Part shown: piece after piece, positions 1-12,041 of the stretch
How the letters are laid out: each line of letters opens with the position of its first letter
Position numbering within the stretch: position 1 is the stretch's first letter
Assembly (NCBI GenBank): GCA_032718475.1
Contig: JAUCBJ010007744.1
Span: 1-38,393, forward strand
Origin: Nemertoderma westbladi
Lineage: Eukaryota; Animalia; Xenacoelomorpha
Direction: 5' to 3'
DNA length: 38,393 nt
Notes under the pieces: model-generated
What the model was told of the DNA's origin: nothing
Databases searched by the model: none
What the model saw: only the letters and a program-made list of their open reading frames with translations
Position numbers and translations under genes: made by a program

Positions 1-72
1 TAATAAATCCGTCGTGGCAATAAATTCCGCTTGAATGAATTAATTATATTGCAATTACATTCAGCTAGCGGC

Positions 73-503
73 TCAGGTAAAATGCAGATCTAGAAATACT
101 ACCTGATACCTTATATGTCCGCAATTTACCTCCTCATGGCCTCCCATCTGTCATACCATTATCTGCTGCCACTGTGCTCAGCCCTACAGTACTTGGCCGT
201 CTTTAACCACTCGCTACAATGAAAGGGTATATTACCCATGAACTATCTATCATGGCCACTATGATTAATTATAAACTCGAAAAACTACTAATTTAGGCGC
301 GACAGTTACACCCATAGAGAAATGCGACCACCGGTATATTTTTATAATTTATTATTAGTGAATGAGTGGTTAAAGACGGCCAAGTACTGTAGGGTTGAGC
401 ACAGTGGCAGCATATGATGGCATTGACAGATGGGAGGTCATGAGGATGTAAATTGCCGACATACAAGGTATCAAGTAGTATTTACAGGTCTTCTTTTACC
501 TGA
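73..503. mobile_element. Palindromic MITE-like element with ~140-bp imperfect inverted arms
   Basis: 73-212 (TCAGGTAAAA...TTTAACCACTC) is the imperfect reverse complement of 364-503 (GAGTGGTTAAA...TTTTACCTGA); no clear TSD seen. Confidence 0.65.
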
Positions 504-889
504 CATCACATTCCCTGACTTTTCCCTGATTTGTCCATTATTTACTAGAATCCCCCCCCCTGACTATTCCAGGTAATCCAGGTGAGTGGCAATCTTGATA
601 ATAATATGAAACCACTCATTCATCAATAATAAACTTAAGTTATATTATTTTGAGTTAAGGTGAATAGTAAAATAAAATAAAATAGTATAAAGTAAAAAAT
701 ATAGTAAAACAAAATAGCACCTCGAGCACATTACATATTAGTTTCTTTGTTCCTGTTGATAGCTGTTAGTTATGACAACCAACTAATTTTAGAATTATGT
801 CGATGAGTTTTATTTTGTAACCATAACAGAAAGTTGATGAAATATGTTTTTGTTTTGATTTTGTAAATTTCCTTTCTGTTTCCAAAAAT

Positions 890-1005
890 GAGAGAACTTA
901 GATCTTGAAACAGATCGTAGTCACAAACTTAGATCATAGATGCCCACTTAGATTCTGGAAACGAACTTAGATCTTAGACCCGAACATAGATCCTGGAACT
1001 TAGTT
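890..1005. repeat. Degenerate minisatellite with ACTTAGATC core
   Basis: Several variants of (A)ACTTAGATC(T) at irregular spacing. Confidence 0.55.
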
Positions 1006-1708
1006 ATAGAAAGTAACTAAGCTGATAGCTCCTCTTTCGAAATCCAATGTGAATATTGGTTCACGGTCCTATTGACATAAAATGGCCATAATTACTGTAT
1101 TGTTATTTATTGTTATTTACAATCAATGTTTCTGATATTATATTAGGCAGGCAGGTACCGCGGGAAATTTGAATTTCGAAGAAGTAGTGAAATCAACTAA
1201 CAGGTACCAGTAGTGTTGGTGTTGGCGATTATAGCCTGGAGTTCATGAGTATAGTGATAGATTTCCTATTGTCATTGTTTACTGTTTCAGTGATAGCAAT
1301 AAATGTCATTAGAGCATTAGTCGTAATCGGAGTGTTCAGTATACTGGTATAGTAAATCTGCCATAGTATCCATTAGACTCCGGCCACTCCAGGCACCAGG
1401 TTACTCAGTTACTGCAGTGTACTGTACTGCTGTCTGGCTGTAATACAGTAATATAACAGTATTATTTTTCTGATATAATAAGTTCTAAGGACCTTGAACC
1501 CTCAAGGCTTGCAGCTTGTGGATATAAATGACAAGTTGCAGTAGGTAGGTATTACCATATCGGCTGGCGACTGACTGGGTGAGGGTGTGGGGTGCTTGTG
1601 TAGGTCTGTCTCACTGTCTGTCCACAGCGTACCAATATACAGATATAGGCCTATACTGTCAGCATCAGACTTTCATGATAATAATATATTATCATCTGAT
1701 ATTGCTGT

Positions 1709-2440
1709 AATGGGAACATTTTACAATGCAACTTTTACCGGACCGATTACGTTCACTGCATCTACAGGGGGAGGAGATAAAAAAATCGAAGAAAAAAATC
1801 GAGGAGAACAAGTAGTGATAAAGGATAGGCCTAAAAAGCAAGAACAGCCCAAAAAAGAACGAAAAAAATATCAAAAACAAAAGGTATTACGACTACCTGT
1901 ATACAAAAAAAAAAAAGTGAGAAAAATCATTCAAACTGGGAATAAACTACTGGAACGGGAGCGGGAACGGGAGCGGTACAACGATTACCGGTATATGGAA
2001 AGAAAAAAAAAACTTGACAATGATCTACATAATTATTTTACTTCCGGTACCGGTACCGGAGAGAAAGAAAAAATAGACTAGACACCATTGTGGTCGAAAA
2101 TTTCCTCATGGCGTTGCTTGTGCACTGTATCGACTGATCGAGGCTGCATCGTGTGCCGCCATTGCGCCGCCCCTTGTGTGCCCGGTGTTCGGTACGGATT
2201 CATCTCGGTACGCTCTACTACTACAACATTCTCGCGGCTCAGCCCTGCTTGCCGCGATGGTTGGTTTGTAAACGTTTTGGCGAATCCGCGGTGGACCCCG
2301 CCATGGAAGCGATACCATATTATTCCGAGTACAGCCACTGTGCCCCGGTGTCCGGACTGTACAACTGTGGCACCACGAACCACCACTTCGTTAAAGAGTT
2401 TCATTCTTCTTTCCAGATCCACCAACTAAAATCCACCTAG
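1709..2440 (+). other. Lys-rich ORF segment followed by an interrupted Cys-rich ORF, function unknown
   Basis: ATG at 1709 opens MGTFYNATFTGP...(K/R-rich)...KEKID*; the GC-richer 2080-2440 encodes CARC/CPDC motifs split by a stop and a possible frameshift. Confidence 0.25.
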
Positions 2441-2712
2441 AAATCGCCGGGTCTATAAGTTACAAGATCACTAAATTGGATTGCTGAGTTTATTTCGGTC
2501 TCTTGTATTTCTGTTGTCTGTTAACACATATTTCAACTTTATTTAAACCCCGTCGTCTGTTTATTTCACTGTAATGAATGCGATGTAATGAATGATAATT
2601 ACTTTTTGTTATATTTTTGTTCCCCCCCCCCCCCCCTTTAAACGCTAATTTAAGGTACGGCTCAAATATTTCAATGCAATCTTTAAATACAGAATTTCAA
2701 GTTAGGGTGCGT

Positions 2713-3618
2713 CTCGAAAAATAGACGTAAACGAAAAAACGCCATAGACGCAATGGTAAAATAACACCAATAACAGCTGGAGTTCACTATGAAAAAGGGC
2801 TTATGTAATGTATTTCTACACAAGGCTTAGTATGAATCGATGAGGTTGCCAAGATTATTGTACTTAGTAGACCCATACTGTTTGTTTAGGCCCAACCACT
2901 CTCTGGCAAAGCAAACATTAACTGGCTGGTTTAGTTTGTAATCTATTACAGCATCAGCTGAATAACTCTTCCCAATACATTCTATAGGAATATCTACAAG
3001 TTACTCACTCTGCTAATGTAAGCTGAATGACTGTTAGGTACACAGTGTGTTGGCTACATTAATGACTTCCGACTTGCTTAACGGCGTCTTGACGCCGTCT
3101 CTAGTTAGGAACCGAGAGGTTCATTACTGTAAGAATTGCTCGTGGCTGGCTGACTGGCTGGCTGGCTGTATCTACAGCCAAAACTACTCTAACGATTTTG
3201 ATGAAATTTTCACAGCGGCTAGATACCGCGATTCTAAGGTCCCTGGTATGTTCCGCTATTTCGTCCATGAGCCGTGGGCTCGAAAAATAGACATAAACGA
3301 AAAAACGCCATAGGCGCAATGGTAAAATAACACCAATGACAGCTGGTGTCGTGATGAAAAATGGCTTATGTAATGCATTTCTACACAAGGCTTAGTATAA
3401 ATCGATGAGGTTGCCAAGATTATTGTACTCAGTACACCCATACTGTTTGTTTAGGCCCTAGGACACTCTGTCAAAGCAAATATTAACTGGTTGGTTTAGT
3501 TTGAAATCTAATATCGCCTCAGCTGAATTACTCTTCCCAATGCATTCTATGGGAATATCTCACTCTGCTAATGTAAGCTGAATGACTTTACGTACACAGT
3601 GAGTTGGCTACATTAATG
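2713..3618 (+). mobile_element. Two partial head-to-tail copies of a non-autonomous Helitron/Helentron (DINE/HINE-like) element
   Basis: Direct repeat 2713-3064 vs 3279-3618; hairpin ACGGCGTC-TT-GACGCCGT (3081-3098) followed by CTAG (3101-3104); next copy starts with a GAACC-GAGA-GGTTC hairpin, a (GGCT)n microsatellite and a CGATTTTGATGAAATT core typical of HINE-like elements. Confidence 0.6.
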
Positions 3619-4523
3619 CCAACATTATTGCAAAATGTTTTATTGTTGGATTACTCTCTGTCAGTCTCCCCTTCAGAACATTGTATAGGGAATTTACTTT
3701 AGTTTACTCTACTGTGCCATTCAGCTGAATGGATTTGAGCGATTGCCAAGTTACAGAGTTGGATCATTCTCTGACCATAGGCAAAGACATCAAATCTTTT
3801 TAAAAATATACTTTTTCCATGTTTTTTTTTCTGACCAAAAATTTCAAAAAAAATTTTTCGTAGCCAGTACTGCCAATCGATTCGCCATCAAAAATAACGC
3901 AAAAAATTTTTTTTGCAAAATTTTAAATTACTGTAAATTTTTGGCGACTGGGGGGGGTCAATTTTTTTCGATCCGCTATAACTCCGGAACGCTTTGTCCA
4001 AATTCGATGGGGTTTTCATTTTTCAACTTAATTCGATGTCCTCTTTCAGCCTATCCATGTTTCGAAACCCCAAACAGCGCCGTTCAAAAATTAATTTTTT
4101 CTAGTTCTAGAATTTTACAAATTTCAAAAAAGTTGCAGTATTTTATTAACGCCTTTACGGAATTCGATAGCGTTTTCGATTTTTATATTAAACGCAATAT
4201 CCTGAATCTCACTAGCCTAGTTTCGCGTCACCAATGCCAAGACTTCATACTTTTTGAGGAAAATTTTTCTAGAATAATTTTTATTTAATTACATTTATCG
4301 CGATTTCTTATTACTGGTTGCACATGAATTGATGGAGTTTTCAATTTATTAACTAAACACGATATCGCGCATCGCACCAGCGTGGTTTCGAAATTCCAAA
4401 ACGAGGTCTTCACTAGTTGCAGGTCGATTTTGTTCTAGAATTGAGCAACTAATAATAGATCGAATTTATTAATAATTATTGTATGAAATATGATTGTATT
4501 TTTACATAATTATTAGTTCTATA

Positions 4524-5003
4524 CTAATTCTCGTTGTCTCTTTTATTTGAAATAAAAAGTCGGTTCCTTATCGGGCCGCTAGGCCCGTCACTAGTAGAAT
4601 TTTTATCAAACCGTTTCACAGAAATTTGCCCCGGAGAAAGAAGGGATCTACTGATAGCAAAATTAACCTCAGTATTCGATTCACTAAAGTATCCTTTGAA
4701 TTGGGCTATATTCGAGGGAATAAGCTCCCATCCTGCTTGGTTGACCAGACTCCCCGGATTCACGAACTCCAGAATGTTATTCCGACTGCCCTTCTCCAGA
4801 TCTCGAGACACACCAATAAGCACTTCAGCAGCGCCGCCCGCCGTTGTGTAAAGGCCAAGAGTTTCAACTAAGATTCCGGATAGAGTAGAATCCCACCAAA
4901 CCAACGCCGTGTAAACCGCTTGCGATTTAGGATCCACTTGAGATAGTAAGTCTTCATCTCGAGAGAAGCATTTCAATCTGCGGTGTACTTCTTCTGCTGC
5001 CAT
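4524..5003 (-). CDS. Intronless 159-aa hypothetical protein
   Basis: ATG-initiated ORF in a GC-richer island with sharp AT-rich borders; protein-like composition; no family recognised. Confidence 0.45.
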   Translation of the reverse strand: MAAEEVHRRLKCFSRDEDLLSQVDPKSQAVYTALVWWDSTLSGILVETLGLYTTAGGAAEVLIGVSRDLEKGSRNNILEFVNPGSLVNQAGWELIPSNIAQFKGYFSESNTEVNFAISRSLLSPGQISVKRFDKNSTSDGPSGPIRNRLFISNKRDNEN

Positions 5004-5599
5004 TTATTTATTTATTATTATTTTTTTTTAGCCGCTAACATTAATTTGTTTCTTGTCTGAAGTTCGTATTCTTATTTATACGTGAGCGCACTCGTTTGTG
5101 ATAAACACAGTACCAGTAGATTTAATTAAATAAGAATACATTTTTATATTCTGGTAGAAAATCACCATAGCAAATTACATCATTCGTGGTTGTTAAGGCT
5201 AACTTAATACTTGTGTCTAGTTATAGTGCATGTGTGCAATGCGTATTCTAGAATATTAAAAAAGTATGCATCAATCAGGGCAACGTCCTTAATGCAAAGT
5301 TTTTTGTGAGTAACTTCGGGTATATAGTTAACAAAAATCCTTTGATCTAAGAAATATTTGTAGTGGGACATATATTTATTGCTGGAAATTCGAAAATAAA
5401 TTGGCATAATACAAGCCGAAAAGGTAGAGAGAGTAGGGGAGAATAACGATGGAAACAGTAATGTTCTACAATAATTTAATAATTAAGTGATTGAGGTGTA
5501 AATTTTAAGTGCACATGTTAAAAAGGAACATATTTTTTTCCCTTGGGGAAATATAGACTCATAGGATTGCATTGATTTTACATTTTTTTCCGGTCAATG

Positions 5600-6235
5600 A
5601 AGGGAAAATAAAAAATATTTATAAAAGTAAGAATAAAGAAGTAACCCCAGGGGTTTTTTGATTTGTAAATAACTCAAAAGTGTTTGCATAAGCAAAAAAA
5701 CTTGGGAACGGGGAAATATTATTCAATCAAAAAAACTGTCAGAAATTTCTCGAAGCTTATGAAATTACCTATCATATGGAGCGAAAATTACAAAAAATGG
5801 GTTAAGAATTGGCAGATGAGTAGTGTTTTTTTTAGCGTAAAAAATATAATTCCGAGAAAATTGTCTATACCAAGTTTAAAACTTTCCGCTCCAAACTCTC
5901 TGCCTGGGGTCTGGTTGGTTAATAGTGCCTGGCATGGAGGAAGCACACCACAGAGCTATAATTTTAATTATGGTGGTTTTCGAAGTCCTTGATTTCATTT
6001 CCAATCTAACTATTTGGTCTGGCTCTTGCTGTAATTGACTCTTCAAGTAATTAATGAAAATGCATACAACAGATCTCGCCAAGCCATTTTCAGATTTGAA
6101 ATCCCGAATAGGGGACAGTGTTCGTTTTTTTTTGCTTCGGCACCAATGGTTTAGAGGTACTAGCCAGCTGGGGCATCTTTCATCCTTAAATGGCTTTGTT
6201 ACTCTGCGTCTAGAAATTCGTGTATACGGCGCCAT
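5600..6235 (-). pseudogene. Possible degenerate P-loop (SF2 helicase/terminase-like) ORF
   Basis: ORF 6235-5876 contains IVRLEMKSRTSKTTIIKIIALW (motif-I-like); a shifted frame gives PTRPQAESL (5918-5892, motif-Ia-like); stops and frameshifts follow. Confidence 0.3.
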
Positions 6236-6617
6236 ATAACTATTTTTTAATAATAATAATAAAGTTGAAACAGAGACAGTTTACCCCCCCCCCCCCCCTA
6301 CCTCCTTCTTAGTGGATGAGTCAGAATTTATTCGGTAATAACAGGAATCAATTTGGTTTACATATTTATATTTATCCAACTTTATTGATTTTTGACACAA
6401 GTCGTTTTCACACGTTGCAATAATGTGCACATAACATAAAGTCATAATGTAGATAATAATAAATCGAAGTGGTTTTAACGTTTAATTATCATAATCTACA
6501 ACTAATTTCGTGTCGCAGCGTCTATTCGGGACTCGAGTAACTACAGACAGAATTTTAATTTATCTGTGTCCATCAATATCACTGGAAGTTGGGAAAGATT
6601 TCTTACAAATATTACAG

Positions 6618-7195
6618 TCACAGAGTCTCGACACTGCGGATACATTTGTGGTGATTTACTTGATATCGGTGGGAGAAACATTTCCCGCATGTATCGCAGC
6701 TAAACGGCCGTTCACCTGTATGTGTCCGCTTGTGGCGCGTTAGATTGTTGCTCTCTGTAAATCCTCTCCCGCACGTGTCGCACACGAACGGTCGCTCTCC
6801 GGTATGAGTTCGCTTGTGCGAGGTTAGGTTGCCTAGTTGATAGAAACGTTTTTCACACACGTTGCATTTATACGGTTTCTCCCCACTGTGGGTCCGCTTG
6901 TGCGTGGTTAGGTTGCTGAGGTTAGAGAATGGTTTGTTGCAGATGTCGCATTGGTAAGGACACTCGCCGGTGTGGATCCGTTGGTGTCTAATTAGGTCGC
7001 TGTTATATGCGAACGCCTTACCACAAGTATCACAGCTGATCGGCTGCTGATTGGAGCGGCTCCTTTTCACAATATGTTGGGGTTGAATCCCAGAGGGACC
7101 AGGTTGGTCAAGGGAATTATTCATACTTCCGGGTGTTACGTCATCGTCGGTAGTGAGCATTTCTGAATCATCAGGGGATGGCTGTGATTGGTCGC
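6618..7195 (-). CDS. C2H2 zinc-finger gene, 3' exon (four C2H2 fingers plus one C2HC finger)
   Basis: CxxC...HxxxH repeats with TGE(K/R/C)P and SGEKP linkers; acceptor TTTCTCTAG ends at 7196 and phase 1 keeps the frame into the ORF-track ATG at 7160. Confidence 0.9.
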
Positions 7196-7377
7196 CTAGA
7201 GAAATTTAATATTTAATAATGGATAATATTGATTTAATCAGAATATAATGTAAGTAATGCAATAATTAATTTTGTGAAAATTTGTGACATGGGGGAGGGG
7301 GGTTGGGGGGGGGGGGGGGGGGGGTGTGAGTAGCTATGCTTGTGACGTCACAATAGCACTTTAGTGAACAAATGATC

Positions 7378-7440
7378 ACGTTTCATAATGCACGACGTTG
7401 TTAGCCCCAGTGGCTAACAAGGTCGTGCATTATGAAACGT
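7378..7440. repeat. Near-perfect 63-bp hairpin
   Basis: 29-bp arms with one mismatch around a 5-nt loop (CCAGT). Confidence 0.85.
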
Positions 7441-7736
7441 AGTAGAAACGTTGTAAAAACCTAGTGTTTAGACATAATTAGCTCACACCAAAACACAAGC
7501 TGGATGTATTTGACAAAACAGCACAGTACAGCTGTACTGCAATTTAAAATCATGTGATCTGCCATCTGCTTGTCTGGCGATTGTAACCAAATATATTAAC
7601 TGTTAAATAAATGCTTAATGCAGTAATTGATTAATTTAATACTGAACCGTACACAGTATACTACGTTGTAATGTAGGCCCTAAAAGTTATGTAAAAGTAA
7701 TCTCATATTGTAAAATTTATCTTTGGAACAAATAAC

Positions 7737-7784
7737 GGGGACCGACCCTCTCGGAAACAAGGTTCGCTTTAAGAGGCTATCCCC
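7737..7784 (+). other. LINE (Crack/L2-group-like) 3'UTR stem-loop motif
   Basis: GGGGACC...GGAAACAAG...GGCTATCCC matches the motif in the 3'UTR of the LINE at 36967-37009 (minus). Confidence 0.55.
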
Positions 7785-7849
7785 AGTGCGCAATGTAATT
7801 TAATAATAACTTTAGTAATAATACCGTTTTTATAGCACCAAATTAATAT

Positions 7850-8180
7850 GAAAACTTAAAAAACTTGAAAAAACTTAAACTCGAGAGCGAAAATCTGAGA
7901 ATGACAGCATGGACCAGTATTCGCGCCGTAACAACGTATTGGTCCACGGTGTTAAGGAATCTGCTGATCCAGATACCCACAAGGTTTACGTGCGTCAGCT
8001 AGTCGAGAATCTCGGGGTAGCAACCCTGAATATTGATCTTTTCCACCGACATGGATCCCCATCAGTGGAGGTTGACGGAGGTAAGCCTCACTGCCGCCCT
8101 ATTATAATTCGATTCATCGGACGGAAACTAATCTCGGCGGACGATGTTCCTCTACAAACGGAAACGTCCGAAGGGTATCT
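7850..8180 (+). pseudogene. Non-LTR retrotransposon ORF1 fragment (CR1/L2-group RRM-like)
   Basis: Coiled-coil-like segment followed by DQYSRRNNVLVHGVKE, HR and RPIIIRF motifs. Confidence 0.75.
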
Positions 8181-8607
8181 ACTTTACTTGGCTTTATTTT
8201 GGTTACTTTTACAGTTAGGCAAGGTGATGGTTTGTTGTTATAGGGTACTGGTAGTTAATTCAGCTATAAGAATAGCTGAACTGTTGTTACGTAGTGTTTG
8301 TAACTTTTATTTATTAACGCTTATTTAGCCAGCCCGACCGTATTTTAAAAATAAATAACCACAACGTATGCCATCAGATGCCACGGCAACAGGGAAATAT
8401 ACTAGCTTTGCTACTGTTTCCTGTTTCTCATAAATACTAAAATACTGTAAACAAATATTGGAACTCCAAACCTAGCACCGATCCATATAATCTAAATAAC
8501 AATAAAACCCCAATTACGCACTGTACCTACACTGGTGATTGGTTTATAATACTGAGAGGGTGTATTATGTAATAACGAAACAAATAAATGAACCCTTACG
8601 GGTTCCT

Positions 8608-8624
8608 TTGATTGATTGATTGAT

Positions 8625-8696
<72 letters not shown>

Positions 8697-8697
8697 C
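8608..8697. repeat. (GATT)n microsatellite
   Basis: About 22 tetranucleotide units with one variant. Confidence 0.97.
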
Positions 8698-9182
8698 AGA
8701 CCACCGCAATACTTCCTGCGATTTCTGTTTTTCCCATCTTGCAAGTAATGATGAAATATTAATTTGTTCCATATGCAACCACATTTATCACTTTCAATGT
8801 GGTACGTGTCTAGACATACAAGACGTACAAAATTGTCATTTGGATATATACTGCATACACTGCTATTTACATATATATATTTCCCTTTACCGATGTTTTA
8901 ACTGATGATAAAGATATCAGCTGATGATAATATTTTGCTACCTGAAAATTTATCCGATTATAACAGCAACTTAAACGACATTGTGATCCTGAAACAAATC
9001 TAAAAAATATCAACTCAAACTCTCAATACTATAATGATACAAATTTAACAATACATTCATGACTAAAAATAATAATTAAATAAATTGGAGATGAGCTGTT
9101 GCAACTGTAATTAAAGGTGTAATATTATGGGTTTGTTCAGAAGTGGAAAAAATGAGAAAGCGCGTCACCGGGGGGTTAAACC

Positions 9183-9228
9183 AGCGCTATACGTACCTTT
9201 CGGCCTAACAGGCCTCATCAGTAGCGCT
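9183..9228 (-). ncRNA. Minimal type I hammerhead ribozyme motif (Penelope-like pseudo-LTR remnant)
   Basis: Minus strand reads AGCGCTA-CTGATGA-GGCCT-GTT-AGGCC-GAAA-GGTACG-TA-TAGCGCT: 7-bp stem I, both core boxes, stem II and a very short stem III. Confidence 0.75.
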
Positions 9229-9289
9229 AACCAGCACAGCCACTAGCCCCTGACACCGCCATAATTGACTACCTATTATCACTTAACAT

Positions 9290-10740
9290 TCAATTTGACT
9301 TACTAACATTTACTGAAACTTTTCTAACTGATGACCCTGACTTAGATTAGATTAATAGCAGGCTACTCACGACCATTAACTACTAACAGAACATACGGTA
9401 AGAAGAACCGGGGTGGCACTGCAATTTATATAAAAAACGAACTAACTGTAACAGAAAGGAAAGATATTACAATACCACATTGTGAATCTACTTTGGGAGA
9501 CTATTTCTAGGAAAACGATAACAATTCACCCACGAAACCACTTATCGTAGGTTCAATATATAGATCCGACTCGTGCAATATCTCAGATTTCAACGAAAAC
9601 TGAAATACAACATTATCCACGCTGACCAGACGCCATAGATATAGTACTAACAGGTGATTTTAATATAGAATTACTAAAACGATCGAATCTTCGACAATAA
9701 TTACATACAAATACTTGAATCGAACGGCTTTGAACAATTAAAAGATAAACCAACAAGAATTACGCCATATTCTAGAACAATAATCGACCACATATCGACA
9801 AACATCTCTATTTATAATAAAGTAATCTCATCTGGCATGTTCTCTGAGCAATTAGGAACGACAGACCAGACCACCTAGCAACATTCGTTAATATACAAAA
9901 TTACTCATGCCACTTCACACCGACTCAATTTAAGTTTATACGACTACTCTAAAATATAAACAAACCAGATTTCTTTCCGACATACAAAATAATCAGAACT
10001 GGACATACAAGAACCATACCAATAGAAAAAAATGTGAAACCTTCTAGAACGACTTAGCGATTATTGCAGGCAGACACTTACCAAAAAAAATACTAAATAA
10101 AAATGAAATTCCAAAAAACCCTGGATGACACCAGCACTTGTACAGTCTGACAAACAGTTTCAAATGAACTCTAAAAACACAAGAAAAACTTGGTTAATAA
10201 TAAATTCAGCACTTAATAAATAAATAAAATTTACAATTCCCAAACAAATAACCACACGCACTGATGAAACTGTACAAACCACTCGGGACCCAAAAAATAT
10301 TGCGAACATACTAAACGAGCACTTTTCCACTGTAAAAATATCTATGTCTAATCGCTCCCCGCTACGACACATTCCTAACTCTAATCGCAGACCGAACTCA
10401 TTCTCTCTAACTGAAACTACGCCTGTAGAAGTAGAGTATTTACTATTACATATAAATTCTAAATCTGCAACTTATGATACTTTTCCGATGAAACTACTTC
10501 TACTAGCAGCTAAACCTACATCCTTTCGATTAAACAAACTAATAAACTTATATATAAACCAATACAATACAAGGATTCTTCTCCAAGTCACTTCAAATAG
10601 CCAAAACTATTGCTACACTAGCTATGCTATTGCTCGGCGGCAGTTGTAAGATTAATATCGTATAAATATAAAAGCAATTTCATGTGCTATTTATAACTAT
10701 TGATGTATTATGAAAGAAATAAATAAATTGTAAATTGTCT
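9290..10740 (+). pseudogene. Degenerate LINE ORF2 (APE endonuclease and pre-RT region), internally deleted
   Basis: Fragmentary motifs GGTAIYIK, VGSIYR, LTGDFNI, PTRIT..SRTIIDHI, PWMTP, IANILNEHF with many stops and frameshifts; AATAAA and TAAATTG repeats near 10717-10739. Confidence 0.75.
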
Positions 10741-11001
10741 GTCAACAATAAAAAAGAACAAACTTTATACGACACAATCTACTAATCCTACATTATAAAA
10801 CCAACAACGATACAAAATATACCGCGTGTGTAGATTGGCTTACTGGTGATGGTCAATGGTGGCGGTGCAAATACAGAAATATTAACTTACTTTATTCTTA
10901 TTTTAAACCCGAGGTCATTCAGCCATTGATTTGGTAGTGTTTGCGATTATTGAAATTAAACAAAAATAACCATTGACATATATTTATATTGAAAAACTCA
11001 C

Positions 11002-11761
11002 CCAAGCCATCGCCAACCTCACCTGTGATGTCGGGTTCATATTCCACTTCATCTTCAGTCTTGATGCGTAGGATTACCGGAACATCTGACTGGTCTGCTG
11101 ATAGAGGTTGGGTAGAATAATGGTTTGAGTTGGTTGTGGTTACTGCGGGGGTATAGGTGGAGGATATGTTGTTATAAGGTAATAAAGTTGAACTGACTGT
11201 ATTATTACTCGATTCAGATTCAATGAGGTTTGGTTTGGTGTCTATCGGACTCAGTTTGGGATCCACTTGTCTTTGTTCTTCCGGGAGGTCTGTCTGGTTG
11301 AGATGCTGTAACCTCACCACAGGCTGCATATATGAGGGTTCGGTAGGTGGCGTGCGTTGATTCGAGTATCGAGATTGCGGATGCTTTCCTGTCGCAGGAT
11401 TGTCATTGTGGTGGTACGTAGGTGTCGACGCCGATGTACCGGTACTCAATTGAATCTGCGGCATACTGGTCTCGCGGTACCCGGCAGTTGGGACAGTGTC
11501 CGGTGATTGAGTCGTGTTGTGGGGCAAATCCGAGGTGGTGGCGGCGTTGTTAGACCCAGAGGAGAGTGAACGCAGCAACCACTCAGTAATATGAGCAGCC
11601 GTACATTTATTAACAATATAATAGTCCAGAAAACTCGAGTTTCTGTCCAGGTATTCTTCGAGAAACGTCCGCACAAACGAATCATTTTCTGAACAGATGT
11701 TCGCGAACATAGATTTGGTAATAACCAATGCGTTGCCCAACTCACAAGTAAACCGTTCCAT
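11002..11761 (-). CDS. C2H2 zinc-finger gene, 5' coding exon (helical N-terminus plus S/T/P/N-rich linker)
   Basis: Open frame from ATG 11761; donor TGG|GTGAGT at 11001 (alternative CAG|GTGAGG at 11022), both phase 1 and matching the phase-1 acceptor at 7196; IKTE motif typical of TF linkers. Confidence 0.75.
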
Positions 11762-12041
11762 TGTCTGTTTGTTGTCACTTCAGAGTTCAGGTCGTCCCGG
11801 TTTGAGAAGCAAATAATGATAATGTTTTAATATAGGCCAAATCCTGTAATCAGCCTGTCAGCTACTGCAGTACTGAGCTAAGCCTAAGGTACAGAGGTAG
11901 GTAATAATACGGCAGTGATTTTTTATGTCCTTTTATTTGACTTTTTTTGTCATCCTTTTTTTACGAATTGTGCATTAGGCCTATATATAGGCCTAATGAC
12001 TTTTGTTGTGGGTATAACTTTTCGTCGTATCCGTATGCATT

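Noticed and set aside
3743-4288. 181-aa ORF
   Set aside because: TTG start and F/K/N-rich composition from A/T runs; looks like non-coding repeat sequence, and I could not define element ends.
8596-8784. ORF with SINQ repeats
   Set aside because: Translation of the (GATT)n microsatellite.
10919-11001. C-terminal tail of the 280-aa ORF
   Set aside because: Lies past a GTGAGT donor in AT-rich sequence, so it is probably intron read-through.
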